Source: Octopus sinensis (Eukaryota). From it: a stretch of DNA of 64,000 bases. This document shows positions 49,801 to 62,732 of the stretch, piece by piece. The stretch covers positions 2,480,001 to 2,544,000 of the forward strand of contig NC_043022.1 in assembly GCF_006345805.1 (NCBI RefSeq), written 5' to 3'. Made by a program: the position numbers and the translations under genes. Each line of letters begins with the position of its first letter. The stretch's first letter is position 1. The notes beneath the pieces were generated by a model, which worked only from the letters and a program-made list of their open reading frames with translations, had not been told where the DNA came from and searched no databases.

Positions 49801-51520
49801 GTTAGAAGGTGGAATGATCTTATTTCTTTATTGCCCACAATGGGCTAAACATAGAGGGGACAAACAAGGACAGACAAAGGGATTAAGTCGAATACATCGA
49901 CCCCAGTGCGTAACTGGCACTTAATTTATCAACCCTGAAAGGATGAATGGCAAAGTCAACCTCGGCGGAATTTGAACTCAGAACGTAATGACAGACGAAA
50001 TACGGCTACGCATTTCCGCCCGGTATGCTAACGACTCTTAACCCTTAGTGTTCACATTATTCTGCCAAAATTAATCCCTTTTTATCCACATTGTCTTGAA
50101 CTAATTATACATTATCTTGTAGCTGAGAGATTTTGATGAGGTAGCTGTTAATTTTCAAGATGATATTGTAGGGTTGGTGTGAGAGACCAGATCTGGCCAG
50201 CTTGAACATAAAACAGGCAGAATACTCTTGGCCGGATATGGCCGGTTTAAATGCTAAAGGGTTAAGGTGGAATGATTTTGCTGTCACCTCAAGTGCCACG
50301 AGGCACAACGAAAACCAAATGAATGAATGACTCCGTTGGTTATGATGTCTAGCATTCCATTTGATCTGATCAAGGGAGCAGCCTTCCCATGGAATTAATG
50401 CTTCATTCATTCATTATCCCACATGTATGCTGTTCATGTTGTAAATAACAAGGATTTGTTTATAGGGATCAAATGTTTGGGCTGAACCTCAGGTCATGCC
50501 CTCCATCTGATCAACATTATCCGTACGGGTACACAGATTGCAGGGTAACGTGAAATGAAGGGTTTGACTTGAGGAAACAAAGCACCACCCAGTTTGGGAA
50601 TTGAAACTACGATCTTTGCGAGGTCGTCGCTGGATCGGCTCCTGTGCAGGTGGCACATAAAAAGCACCATTTGAGCATGGCCGTTGCCAGTACCACCACA
50701 CTGGCCCTCGTGCCAGCGGCACGTAAAAGCACCCACTACACTCTCGGAGTGGTTGGCGTTAGGAAGGGCATCCAGCTGTAGAAACTCTGCCAGATCAGAT
50801 TGGAGTCTGGTTCGCCAGTCCTCAATCAAATCGTCCAACCCATGCTAGCATGGAAAGCGGACGTTAAATGATGATGATGATCTTGTGGTTGTGAGTACAA
50901 CACCCTAACCACTGGGCCACACACCTTTGCAACTTATATCTGACTGCATTAGGAAAGGAAAGAAATATGAGCCGATGTCGTCCACTGATTGTGTTGTGTG
51001 TCAAGGACACGAGCACCAACGAAGGAGCCTCTAGGTGGTTACTCAATCAGCTAGAAATAGCAACTAAACCTACCTCAAATGCGACCCTAGTGACTAAAAC
51101 AAAACAAAAAAAAATAGAACAGACACATTAGATAATAAAAATTTATTGATTGAAAAAGAAAAATTTGGATGGTCATGGTTTGGATGCCTTAGAGTTTTGA
51201 TTAACTTAAACAGGACTGACCAGGGGTTAAACAATAGTGGAGATAAACTATTTCAGAAAGCTTTATTCTTCTCCTCCTCCTCACCATCATCATCATCATC
51301 TATGAAACGTTTCTTGCGCAACTCATCACCCATGGCCACCCACACCACACATCCCCATACCTTGCTCCTATGTACAACAATTGTTGCCAATGGCAACAAT
51401 TGTACATAGGATTGGTTACACTATACATCATATATATATATATATATACCACATATATATATACATATCCATATATATATATATATACACATGTATATAT
51501 ATATATATATATACATATCC

Positions 51521-51551
<31 letters not shown>

Positions 51552-51566
51552 TGTATATATACAAAT

Positions 51567-51616
<50 letters not shown>

Positions 51617-54043
51617 GTATATATACATATCCATATATATGCACGCATACATGTATATATATATGAACCTCAGAACAGGTTTTACAGCTTGTGATGCCAT
51701 TACACACACACACACACACACGCAAATGTTCATTTATTTTCATTTTCTTTATTTGTTTTTGTATTTTCATTGTTTTTTTATTCCAATGTTGTTTTCCACT
51801 AGTTTTTTTTTATTGCTTTTTGTTGTTAGAGAATTTTATTTTTTGCTTTTCTGTTCCATCCTTTCGTTACAATTAGACAAGTCTCCTTAATCACTCATCC
51901 GTGACATAGGAGCGGACCCTTTATTTTCTTTTCTTCCAGTTGGATAAACTGTGGCACAACAGAGTGCCACGTGACATACACTGAGTCGTCAAATAAACTC
52001 GCTCTCCGTCGGTGATGACGATAACTGTTCCACTTGATCCAACCAATGGAACAACCCGCTCATGAAATTAGCATGCAAGTGGCTGAGTACTCCACAGACA
52101 TGCATACCCTTAATGTAGTTCTCAGGGGGGTTCAGCGTGACACAGAATGTGACAAGGCTGGACCCTCTTGAATTACTGGTACAACACATTCATGCCAGCT
52201 CAGTGGACTGGAGCTATAAAATGAAATAAAGCTTCTTGCTCAAGCACACAACCCACTGCCGGGAATTGAACTCACGACCTTGTGCTTGTGAGCCAAAGCC
52301 ATGTGACTTCACAGCTGTCAAATATGTTATGCTTGTTCTTGCCTCTGGTTCCCTAATATATGGGATCAACTTCAGTCCCACTGCACAACACCTTGGGCAA
52401 GTCTCTTCCAGCCCTGGGCCAACCAAAGCCTTGTGAGTGGATTTCGTAAACGGAAACTGAAAGAATCCCATCGTATATATATATATATATATATATATAT
52501 ACAAGATAAGAAAATGGAGAAATACATCTAAATCAAATATCAATTACCAGATAATACTCAATCACATACTTTATTAAACCACCACATAAGAGACTGTAGG
52601 GTTAAATATAAAAAGCAGAACAAATCAGTGTACATAAAGGAATGTACATAAAAAAGTGTACATAAAAGAGTAATGTTCTATAATAATTAGAATATATATA
52701 AAAAAAGAATATAAATACAAGTAAATATAAGTATAAATTAGATCTTACAGCTGTTTCGGTCATGTAGATAATTATGTCTCATTTTACCAATATTAGCCCT
52801 TTATGGTTGGTCAATATATAGATATAAATGAGATATGTATATATATACATATATGAATACATGTAGGCGTGGATATGTGGTCAGTAGCTTGCTTCCCAAC
52901 CACATTGTTCCTGGTTCAGTCCCACTGCGTGACACCTTGGGCAAATGTCTTCTACTATAGCCTCGGGCTGATCAAAGAATTGATATTGGATTTGGTAGAC
53001 GGAAACTGAAAGAAGCCCGTAGTGTATATATATATATATTTATAAGTATGTGTGTTTGCCACCTTGTTACCACTTGACAACCAATGTTGGTGTGTTTACA
53101 TACCCATAACCTAGTGGTTCGGCAAAAGAGACCAATAGAGTTAGTACTAGGCTAGGCTTACAAAGAATAAGTCCTGGGGTTGATTTGTTCAACTAAAGGT
53201 GGTGCTGCAGCATGGCCACAGTCAAATGACCGAAACAAATAAAAGAATATATGTGTTGTTTCAGTCATTTGACTGCGGCCATGCTGTAGCACTGCCTTGA
53301 AGTGTTTTAGTCAAACGAATCGACCCCCAGAACTTATTTTCCCCAAGCCTAGAACTTATTCTATCAGTCTGTTTTGCTGCACTGCTAGGTTACGGGGATG
53401 TAAACACACTGATCGTCAAGAAGTGATGGGGGGGAACAAACACAATTGACCTTCTCCTGCCCACTTTCCCTTCTCCTCCTTCGTATCTTTCCCCTTAATT
53501 CCCCCCTCCCCTCATACACAACCTCTACCTACTTATTCATCCTACGACCACATTTTTATTCACTTTTTGTCTGCTTCCCCACACCCACATCCCGGGTATA
53601 AGCTGAGAAACATGGTTTGCAAGAGGCACAATGGCACAGCACCCCTTTGATGCAAGTCTGATGAAGTGCCTCTCTAATGTCTCAAGCTACAAACATTATT
53701 CTTCCTTCTTTTATTTGTCTCAGTCATTTGACTGAGGCCATGCTGGAGCACCACCTTCAGTCGAGCAATCGACCTCAGGGCTTATTCTTTGTAACCCTAG
53801 TACTTATTCCATTGGTCTCTTTTGCCGAACCGCTAAGTTACACACCAGCATCGGTTGTTGTCAAGCAATGTTGGGGCAGGGAGGGACAAACACAGATACA
53901 CAAACATATACATAGTCCTATGGTTTCAACTGTTGCCCAACGACCAATTTGTACAGGTGCAAATGCAAGTCTTCATACAAAATATGACTTACCAATCAAT
54001 TACTGATGCCAAGTTCAGTGGAATGTCTCCAAGCAGAATGATA

Positions 54044-54606
54044 TAGGGTGGGGCAGAGGGGACGGACGTTTTTGAAAAATTCACAAAATCATTAATTTCA
54101 GCTGCAAACAAATTTTATTGATGTCAATGTGTTCGTATTGAATTAGCATTTGTCCAAAGTCAAGCGTGGAAAACGCCATCCATCTTGTGCTGTCCGTTTT
54201 CTTTGATGCATTTCTGAAAGCTTGTCTGACGCGTTCCACATTGTCCGGTGTCGTCCGTACCGTTCATGGCGCCCCCACCGGTCACCTATTCATTAGTGTA
54301 CCTCGTGTATGAAGTGCATTCACCCAACGTAAGATTGTGTTACAGGTGGGAACAGCCTGATTTCGGTGAAGGTTGAAGTGGCACCAAAACTCACGCTGGA
54401 CTGCTGTGACAGACTCGTTATTCTTCACGTAACTGCTGTAGGCAAACATGCGATGCCCTATGGTCCACACCACCATGGCTTCACCTGAAAAGAAAGACAA
54501 ATGCTAAGATGCCACAGACCAAACGGTACCTGTCGGACATATTTCCCTCCTCCTGGGACTGAGTAATAGCCATTTCAAAAGCATCCGTCCTTTTTGCCCC
54601 ACCCTG
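54044..54606 (-). mobile_element. Internally deleted Tc1/mariner-superfamily element
   Basis: ~33-bp imperfect TIRs (AGGGTGGGGCAGAGGGGACGGA / TCCGTCCTTTTTGCCCCACCCTG); HTH-like remnant SVTAVQREF..HF...PTCNTILRWV. Confidence 0.75.
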
Positions 54607-56043
54607 AACATCATCTTGTGACTCTGAGATTTTGACAATGTCACTGTTTATTTTTAGAATGGCATTGTAGGGTAGGTGTGAGAGGCCAGATCTGGCTGGC
54701 TTGGACATAAAACAGGAAGACTATTTTGGCCTGACATGGCCAGTTGAAACCCTAAAGGGTTAAAGACAAGAAAGAAGGGGCCAGACAAATTCAAAAGATG
54801 TCAATTGGCTGAAACCTTAACCCTTTAGTGTTTGCATTATTCTGCCAAAATTAATCCTTTTTTATCCACATTGCTTTGAACTAATCATGCATTATCTTGT
54901 AGCTGTGAGATTTTGATGAGGTAGCTGTTAATTTTTAAAATGATATTGTAGGGTTGGTGTGAGAGACCAGATCTGGCCAGTTTGAACATAAAACAGGCAG
55001 AATACTTTTGGCCGGATATGGCCGGTTTAAATGCTAAGGATTGATTACCAGAGACAAGAGGAAAGCAAAACGGTGACAATGAGTTCTGGAGATGAGCAGT
55101 TTGAGGTGAAAAGCTTTTGGAATCAGAGTACTTATGACTAACTGGAAGTTTAACAGAGAAACACTGTAGTTGGGAAGAAAAGCAGGTGACACATTAAAAG
55201 GCCTTGGCAGGGGTTATCAGAGCAGAAAGTTCATCCGAGCAAATGACTGGGAAAAATTTAGAGAAAAGAAGCAGTGAAGAGAAAGAGTTTCTTTTTATGA
55301 ATCAGAATCCATTTTGACGCTGAATGAAGCCAGGTTCCGATTGTGAACATGTGACTGTGACGAGTCTTATAATGTTTTACTTGATTTAGTCATTGGGCTG
55401 TGGCCATGCTGGGGCACTGCATTGAAGGGTTTTTACGTGAAAAAGTCCACACTAGAAATTTGTTTTTCTTTTTAAAGCCTGATATTTGATGTATTGTTCC
55501 CTTTTGTCAAATTGCTAAGTTATGGGGATATAAACAAAGCAACACTGGTTGTCAGTCAGTGGTGGGGGACAAACACACACACACACACACACAGAAAATA
55601 TATATAACTGTGGCACATAAAAAGCACCAACTGATCGTGGCCGATGCCAGACCCCTCTGGCACCTGTGCAGGTGGCACATAAAAAGCACCCACTACACTC
55701 GTGGAGTGGTTGGCGTTAGGAAGGGCATCCAGCTGTAGAAACACTGCCAGATCAGACTGGATCCTGGTGCAGACCTCTGGCTTCCCAGACCCCAGTTGAA
55801 CCGTCCAACCCATGCTAGCATGGAAAGTGGATGGTAAACGATGATGATGATGATCATGATGTATTACAGTATCATGGTATCAACCAGACTATCAGATGTC
55901 ATTATACATCACTGGTCACATGCACTTGACATCATTTTAGCCTGCGAATGTTGCAACCCAATATATATGCAACCGACCGCGTGTGTACCGTTGGCGATTT
56001 TTTTTCCTCTGTCTTCCCTTCTTTGGATCTTTCCTTTTCCTAT

Positions 56044-56078
56044 GTTTCCGACAAAGAGCTCCGCTCGAAACATTAAAC
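56044..56078 (+). ncRNA. Degenerate minimal hammerhead motif in a short element ending at (TA)n
   Basis: GTTT-CCGACAA-A-GAGC-tcc-GCTC-GAAA-CA-T-T-AAAC: stems I and II perfect, core altered. Confidence 0.5.
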
Positions 56079-56349
56079 CTTCATTCTTTCCTGAGCGTCC
56101 AATAATACTATACTTGTTCCACGTCCTCATGTTGTTGTTTTCTCTTTGTGTTTTCATGTTTGGATTAACTATATATATATATATTTATATATATATATGG
56201 CTGTGTGGTAAGTAGCTTGCTTACCAACCACATGGTTCTGGGTTCAGTCCCACTGCGTGGCACCTTGAGCAAGTGTCTTCTACTATAGCCTCAGGCCAAC
56301 CAAAGCCTTGTGAGTGGATCTGGTAGACAGAAACTGAAAGAAGCCCATC

Positions 56350-56415
<66 letters not shown>

Positions 56416-58970
56416 ATGTGTGTGTGTTTGTCTCCCCAACATTGCTTGACAACCGATGCTGGTGTGTTTACATCCCTGTAACTTAGCGGTTCGGCAAAAG
56501 AGACCTATAGAATAAGTACTGGGCTTACAAAGAATAAGTCCTGGGGTCGATTTGCTCAACTAAAGGCGGTGCTCCAGCATGGCCGCAGTCAAATGATTGA
56601 TACAAGTAAAAAAGTAAAGAAAAGAATATATATATATAGTGTATGTGTGTGTGTGTGTGTATTAGAAATACAAACAAACAGCCTCGTGTCATTTTGGAGC
56701 ATTTATAATTCAAACCTAAATTGCAGAGTAATTAGAGGAAATGACCTAATTAGATGCCCGATGATGGCTTAGCTGGCCAAAACTTCAAAGTCACTGTCAA
56801 CAACATGCTTCATCATCCCCCTCCTCATCGTCTAACGTCCGTTTTCCGAGCTAGCATGGGTTGGGCGGTTCGACTGGGGTCTGGGAAGCCAGGAGGCTGC
56901 ACCAGGCTCCAATCTGATCTGGCAGTGTTTCTACAGCTGGATGCCCTTCCTAACGCCAACAACTCCGTGAGTGCAGTGGATGCTTTTTACGTGCCAGCGG
57001 CACAGGGGCCAGAGGAGGCTGAAAACGGTCACGTTCGGACAGTACTTTTTATGTACCACCGACACGGGTATCACAACTACAATTTCCATTTGCTTTTTAT
57101 TTTAATGTTGTAGTACTTGATTCATTTTAATGTTGATGTACTTGACTCAAATTTACTTTTGAATGGGCTGGGGCTGGTTATGCTAAACTTGTGAGAATAT
57201 TAAGAACGAACCCGACCGCTCTCAAAAATTACGGAAAAAAGATGGTAAAATAATCTAGAATCCTTGTCCGGTAACAGATTGTTCCTAAAATCAGTTCGTG
57301 CCAATCACGAGGCCAAACGTCCCTGAAAATTTCATGCAAATCCATCCAGCGGTTCTTCAAATATCTTGTCCATGGGCAAGCAAACAAATGCGGCTGAAAA
57401 CAATACCTCTGCCTTCGCTAAATCGGAGGTTATAATAAATTTGAAATGACAAACAGGTAAATTTGGTTCATGGGTTTATTTGACAACAAAAAATAATAAT
57501 AATAAAAAGAAAAAGAAATGATCGTTCTAAAAAAACAATATGTAGAATTTTTGATTTTTTGCAAACAACTGGCAAATGCAAATACTGCACAGACCAGGTC
57601 CTTACAAGTTTATGGGGTCATCAGGAGAGAACGCGTGCCGTTTGGGGGTCTTACTTCTCAACGGCATCTTTGCGCACCGGCCCCTTTCTCTGAAACGAGA
57701 CCCTGCCTGCTAGATCAGCTGGTTTTCAGGTTTTACTCAACATCTACCCATTGCACATCGTCCCTTTCCAACCAAATCCAGTGGCTTTGCCTTCTCCACT
57801 GTAATCTGGATATTACTGATGGTGGTATTTGCTTTACGATGAGTTAGGCCTAGCGATAACAACAGTCTTTTTAAAATTTTAATCTATGGTAAAGTTCTTA
57901 GAATTTCTAGTTATACAATAAACCCTTGACTACCATGGGTATTACGTTCCAAAACCGCCCACGGAAATAATTAAAATCTACAAAAATATAAAATACTTAT
58001 CGACTGCAGGAACCCAGATATACTGAAGAGTCCGTGATATAAATTTGCATATATTAGCCAGGAAAATCCGTGATGTTCTGAGTGCACGATAGGTGACCTG
58101 CGATATGGTGAGGGATTATTGTAATTTTTATAGCATTTTAATAAAAACAAAAGTACTTTTTGAAACCCCGTAGTTTTTCATGGTAGGCAGGAGTTCTTTG
58201 GAACCTTCTTAAGAAATCTCTGTTCCACTGGAGCTAAACAACAGCTGATGGGTAACTTGTGAAGCCATCTCACAGACAGGTCAATATAAATTATTGTAAA
58301 CGGGAACAACATCTAAATAATATAGTAGTATATATGTGTGTGAGGGTTCGTGTGTGTGTCTATATATATAACACAACTGCAGATTACATGGGTAACAGAC
58401 ACTAGTAAGATTATCTGAACTTCCCTTTTGTTTTATATTGTTCTAGCTGTAGTGTAGCTGAGGCAGCGGTGGTGGCGAGAAGGGCAATCCACCTCGCGGG
58501 ACACTTTTATGTGGGTGGAACTTCTGGGTCTGCTATGCAACCTCGCATAGCCTTGGGATCCTAAACTGGAGGCTGCGCAGGCTGCATGTACTTTAGCTAC
58601 GTCACTGCCTTTCTGGCTCACGTTGTCGATAGTGAAAGTGAAAGTAGATGTGACTCCGTTTACTGAAATATTGTGTTGTTATATATCTTCCCAAATACTG
58701 TATGGCAGGGGTGGGTGTATACGAGAGAGGGAGAGGGAGAGAGAGAGAGTACTTATGTTTATGGGTGTGGATACGTGATTACATGTTAATTAAGCAATAA
58801 AACCCTTCACAAATTAACTTGCAGCAATATACGTGTGTGTGTATATATATCGATCATCATCATCATCAGTTAACGTCCGTTTTCCATGCTGGCGTGAAAT
58901 GGACGGTTTGACAGGCTCTGGTCATACATACATACATACATACATTCATACATACGTTCATACATACCCA

Positions 58971-59193
58971 CAGTAATCTCTCGGCTATCGCGGATGTTTA
59001 AGTTCCAAAAACACCCGCAATTGGTGAAAATCCGCGAAGTGGAAACAATACTGTACTGCATTTTTTAATTATTATTTTTATAATTTGTATATATTTATTT
59101 TGTTATAAATACAAAACAACACCACGGAGGAATCGACGTCAGCTTAAATGATAAACCGCGATAAGTGAACCGCGATATGGCGAGGGATTACTG
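58971..59193. mobile_element. pogo/Tigger-like MITE
   Basis: TIRs CAGTAATCTCTCG / CGAGGGATTACTG, TA at the right end. Relatives at ~18054-18700 (split by a SINE), 45250-45424, 46149-46310, 57915-58102. Confidence 0.75.
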
Positions 59194-59900
59194 TATATAA
59201 TAAACCTTTACATAAATAATAACGTGAAATACACGAAGGGACGAACATAAGAGACAGACGGGTCATTCAAAGCCTTCGTTCTTCAGTCAGAAACTGATCC
59301 CTCATCGCGGATTTCGGCCGTTCAATTCTGAGATCCGCTCTGAATCAGCCAGCCACAGAAGGAAAGAATTCAACGCAACAGAGACGAACATGAAACGAAA
59401 AATCTTACGTTCATATATACCAGTGGTTTTCAACCAGGGTTCCGCGGAACCTTAGGGTTCCGCCAGTACAGTCCAGGGGTTCCGCAAAAAGTTACAAAAA
59501 TGCTAAAATCGACAGTAATTTTTAATTCTCCTGTTTCGGATATGTGTGCATAAGACAATTAAATTATTGCCCAGGGGTTCCTCGAGCCAGTGGAATGTTT
59601 CCTTGGGGTTCCGCTCCAGCAAAAAGTTTGAAAAGCACTGTATGTATATACAGACATGGATGTATGTATATTTGACAGCAGTGTTAGAGTGACTCAAGTG
59701 CCGAGAGTATCGTGCGTTAGCTCTAAGCAAACTAAGTTACAAACACACACACCCAAGCGCGCGCGCACGTGTAAACACGCACGCACACAAACATACATAC
59801 TTGCACGTGCTACACACGCACAGATATAAACCCTACACGTACACACATTCAAAGACAAAAATACACACACACACGTAGTATACATATATATAGATATATG

Positions 59901-60133
59901 AAGGCGGCGAGCTGGCAGAGTGGTTAGCACGCCGGGCGAAATGCGTTGCCGTATTTCGTCTGCCGTTACGTTCTGAGTTCAAATTCCGCCGAGGTCGACT
60001 TTGCCTTTCATCCTTTCGGGGTCGATAAATTAAGTACCAGTTACGTACTGAGGTTGATATAATTGACTTAATCCCATTGTCTGTCCTTGTTTGTCCCCTC
60101 TGTGTTTAGCCCCTTGTGGGTACTAAAGAAATA
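59901..60133 (+). mobile_element. tRNA-headed SINE family B (~235 bp) with Meta-domain-like core GCCTTTCATCCTTTCGGGGTCGATAAA..AGTACC
   Basis: Head GGCGGCGAGCTGGCAGAGTGGTTAGCAC...GAGTTCAAATTC. Related copies at ~8712-8905 (+), 9245-9460 (+), 49820-50032 (-). Confidence 0.85.
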
Positions 60134-60257
60134 TATATATACGCTTATATAAACATACACACACATGTATAGTAAGAGAGAGAGGAGAGAGAGAGAGAGA
60201 GGCATATACGTATAAAGGTATCTGCAAAACACACACACACACACACACACACGCATA

Positions 60258-60470
60258 TCCCCACACAGGAAGCGAAGTGCAGCTGATTGCACGTGTCTCT
60301 GATATGTCCGGTGCGGAGCATGCGCAATGACGCTGTGTTCATGGCCTACGAAAGATAGGGCGGAGGAGGAGGTGGCGTGGAGAAAAGTGGCGAAGGCGGA
60401 GAAGAAGGGGAAGGAGAAGACGAAGAAGAAGAAGGGGAGGAGGAGGAGGGGGAGGATAAAATTAGCCCCG
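60258..60470. promoter_or_regulatory. CpG-rich promoter/enhancer-like island
   Basis: Unique sequence with CAGGAAG, CACGTG, GCATGCGCA, TGACG and GGGCGG within ~100 bp, then a GA-rich tract. Confidence 0.4.
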
Positions 60471-60585
60471 ACTTATTTCAGGTTTCACTCAGCCACAAGA
60501 TTCCTTCTGTTCCATTGTTATCCAGTTATGGAAATATCGTCTGGCAACCATCGTTCACACCTGTCATCCTTTCATATATACACAC

Positions 60586-60654
<69 letters not shown>

Positions 60655-60791
60655 ATATATATGCGGTGCCCCAGCATGGCCACAGCTCATTAGCTGAAAC
60701 TGGAAAAATCAAAAATCAAAATCAATCATATATATACATATATATATACATACATATATATATACATATATATATACATACATATATATAT

Positions 60792-60856
<65 letters not shown>

Positions 60857-61322
60857 AAATTCCGCCAAGGTTGACTTTGCCTCTCAATCTTTCGGGAATC
60901 GATAATTAAGTACCAGTCATGTACTGGGGTCGATGTAATCAGCTGTCCCCCTCCCCACAAATTCGAGGCCTTGTGCCTATAGTAGAAAGGATTATATATA
61001 TATGTAGACAAGGCCCTTTCGTGAAGAACAAGGATATTAGAGAGAGAGAGAGAGAGAGAGAGCGAGGGTGGGATTGTAATTGACCCCAAAGGTCCGCTGT
61101 GGTTCTCTTGTAATCAAATCCTTCTTCACCCAAACATTGGCCCCAGACCATTTTTCTCCATTTATCTTCTCTGTGTCTATGTGCCGTGCTCCCTCTCTCT
61201 CTCTCTCTCTCTCCTCTCTCCTCGCTCTATCTGTCTGTCTGTCTGTCTGACCCCTAACCTTTGTTTTGTCCCCTCTTTTTCTCAACCTTATGGTGTGAAT
61301 AAAGAAATACTCTGTCTATCTC

Positions 61323-61359
<37 letters not shown>

Positions 61360-61770
61360 TAACTTGACGGTTCGGCATAAGAACTCGATAGAATAAGTAC
61401 CCGGCTTTTAATATTTAAAAAAAAAAAAAAAAGGGCTGGGGATCAATTCTATCGACCAAAACCTTTCAAAGTGCTGCCCCAGTTTGGCCGCACCCCAATG
61501 CTCCAATGACTGACACAAACGAAAGATAAAACACACACACACACACATATATATATACGTATGCGTGTGTGTGTGTGTGTGTGTGTAAATTCCGCCAAGG
61601 TTGACTTTGCCTCTCAATCTTTCGGGAATCGATAAATTAAGTACCAGTCATGTACTGGGGTCGATGTAATCAGCTGTCCCCCTCCCCACAAATTCGAGGC
61701 CTTGTGCCTATAGTAGAAAGGATTATATATATATGTAGACAAGGCCCTTTCGTGAAGAACAAGGATATTA

Positions 61771-61801
<31 letters not shown>

Positions 61802-61921
61802 TGGGATTGTAATTGACCCCAAAGGTCCGCTGTGGTTCTCTTGTAATCAAATCCTTCTTCACCCAAACATTGGCCCCAGACCATTTTTCTCCATTTATCT
61901 TCTCTGTGTCTATGTGCCGTG

Positions 61922-61952
<31 letters not shown>

Positions 61953-62253
61953 CTCGCTCTATCTGTCTGTCTGTCTGTCTGACCCCTAACCTTTGTTTTG
62001 TCCCCTCTTTTTCTCAACCTTATGGTGTGAATAAAGAAATACTCTGTCTATCTCCTCGCTCTCTCTCTCTCTCTCTCTCCATATAACTTGACGGTTCGGC
62101 ATAAGAACTCGATAGAATAAGTACCCGGCTTTTAATATTTAAAAAAAAAAAAAAAGGGCTGGGGATCAATTCTATCGACCAAAACCTTTCAAAGTGCTGC
62201 CCCAGTTTGGCCGCACCCCAATGCTCCAATGACTGACACAAACGAAAGATAAA

Positions 62254-62284
<31 letters not shown>

Positions 62285-62310
62285 CGTATGCGTGTGTGTG
62301 TGTGTGTGTG
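60857..62310. repeat. Tandem duplication, ~730-bp unit x2
   Basis: AAATTCCGCCAAGG at 60857 and 61587; copies differ mainly in microsatellite length. Confidence 0.92.
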
Positions 62311-62419
62311 CGTGTGTGTGTTTGGCTGGTCACCAATGGACCGCCGTCCGTTGGGAAGACAGCAAGGTTATCCGACAAGGAGTGAAAATTCCGCTGCCAG
62401 ACTCACCCCTCTCCCCCCA

Positions 62420-62675
62420 CTTTTCTCTCTCTCTCTCTCTCTCCCTTTCTATCTCTAGCTGTATTATATGTATATCACTTACTCTACCCCTCTCTATCAC
62501 TTTCTTTCTTTCTCTCTCTCTCTCTCTCTCAAGCTCTTACACTCTTACTCCCTCCCTCTCTGAAATCATTATTTACCCTCTCTCTGTTTCTCCTCTCTGT
62601 CTCTCTCTATATCACTTACTCCTTCTCTCTCTAATTATCACTTTTCCCTCTCACTCTATAACACCCACCCCTCTG

Positions 62676-62732
<57 letters not shown>

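Noticed and set aside
60377-60480. Acidic ORF EKSGEGGEEGEGEDEEEE
   Set aside because: In-frame TAG at 60356, GTG start and a simple GA-rich repeat; better explained as regulatory or UTR sequence.
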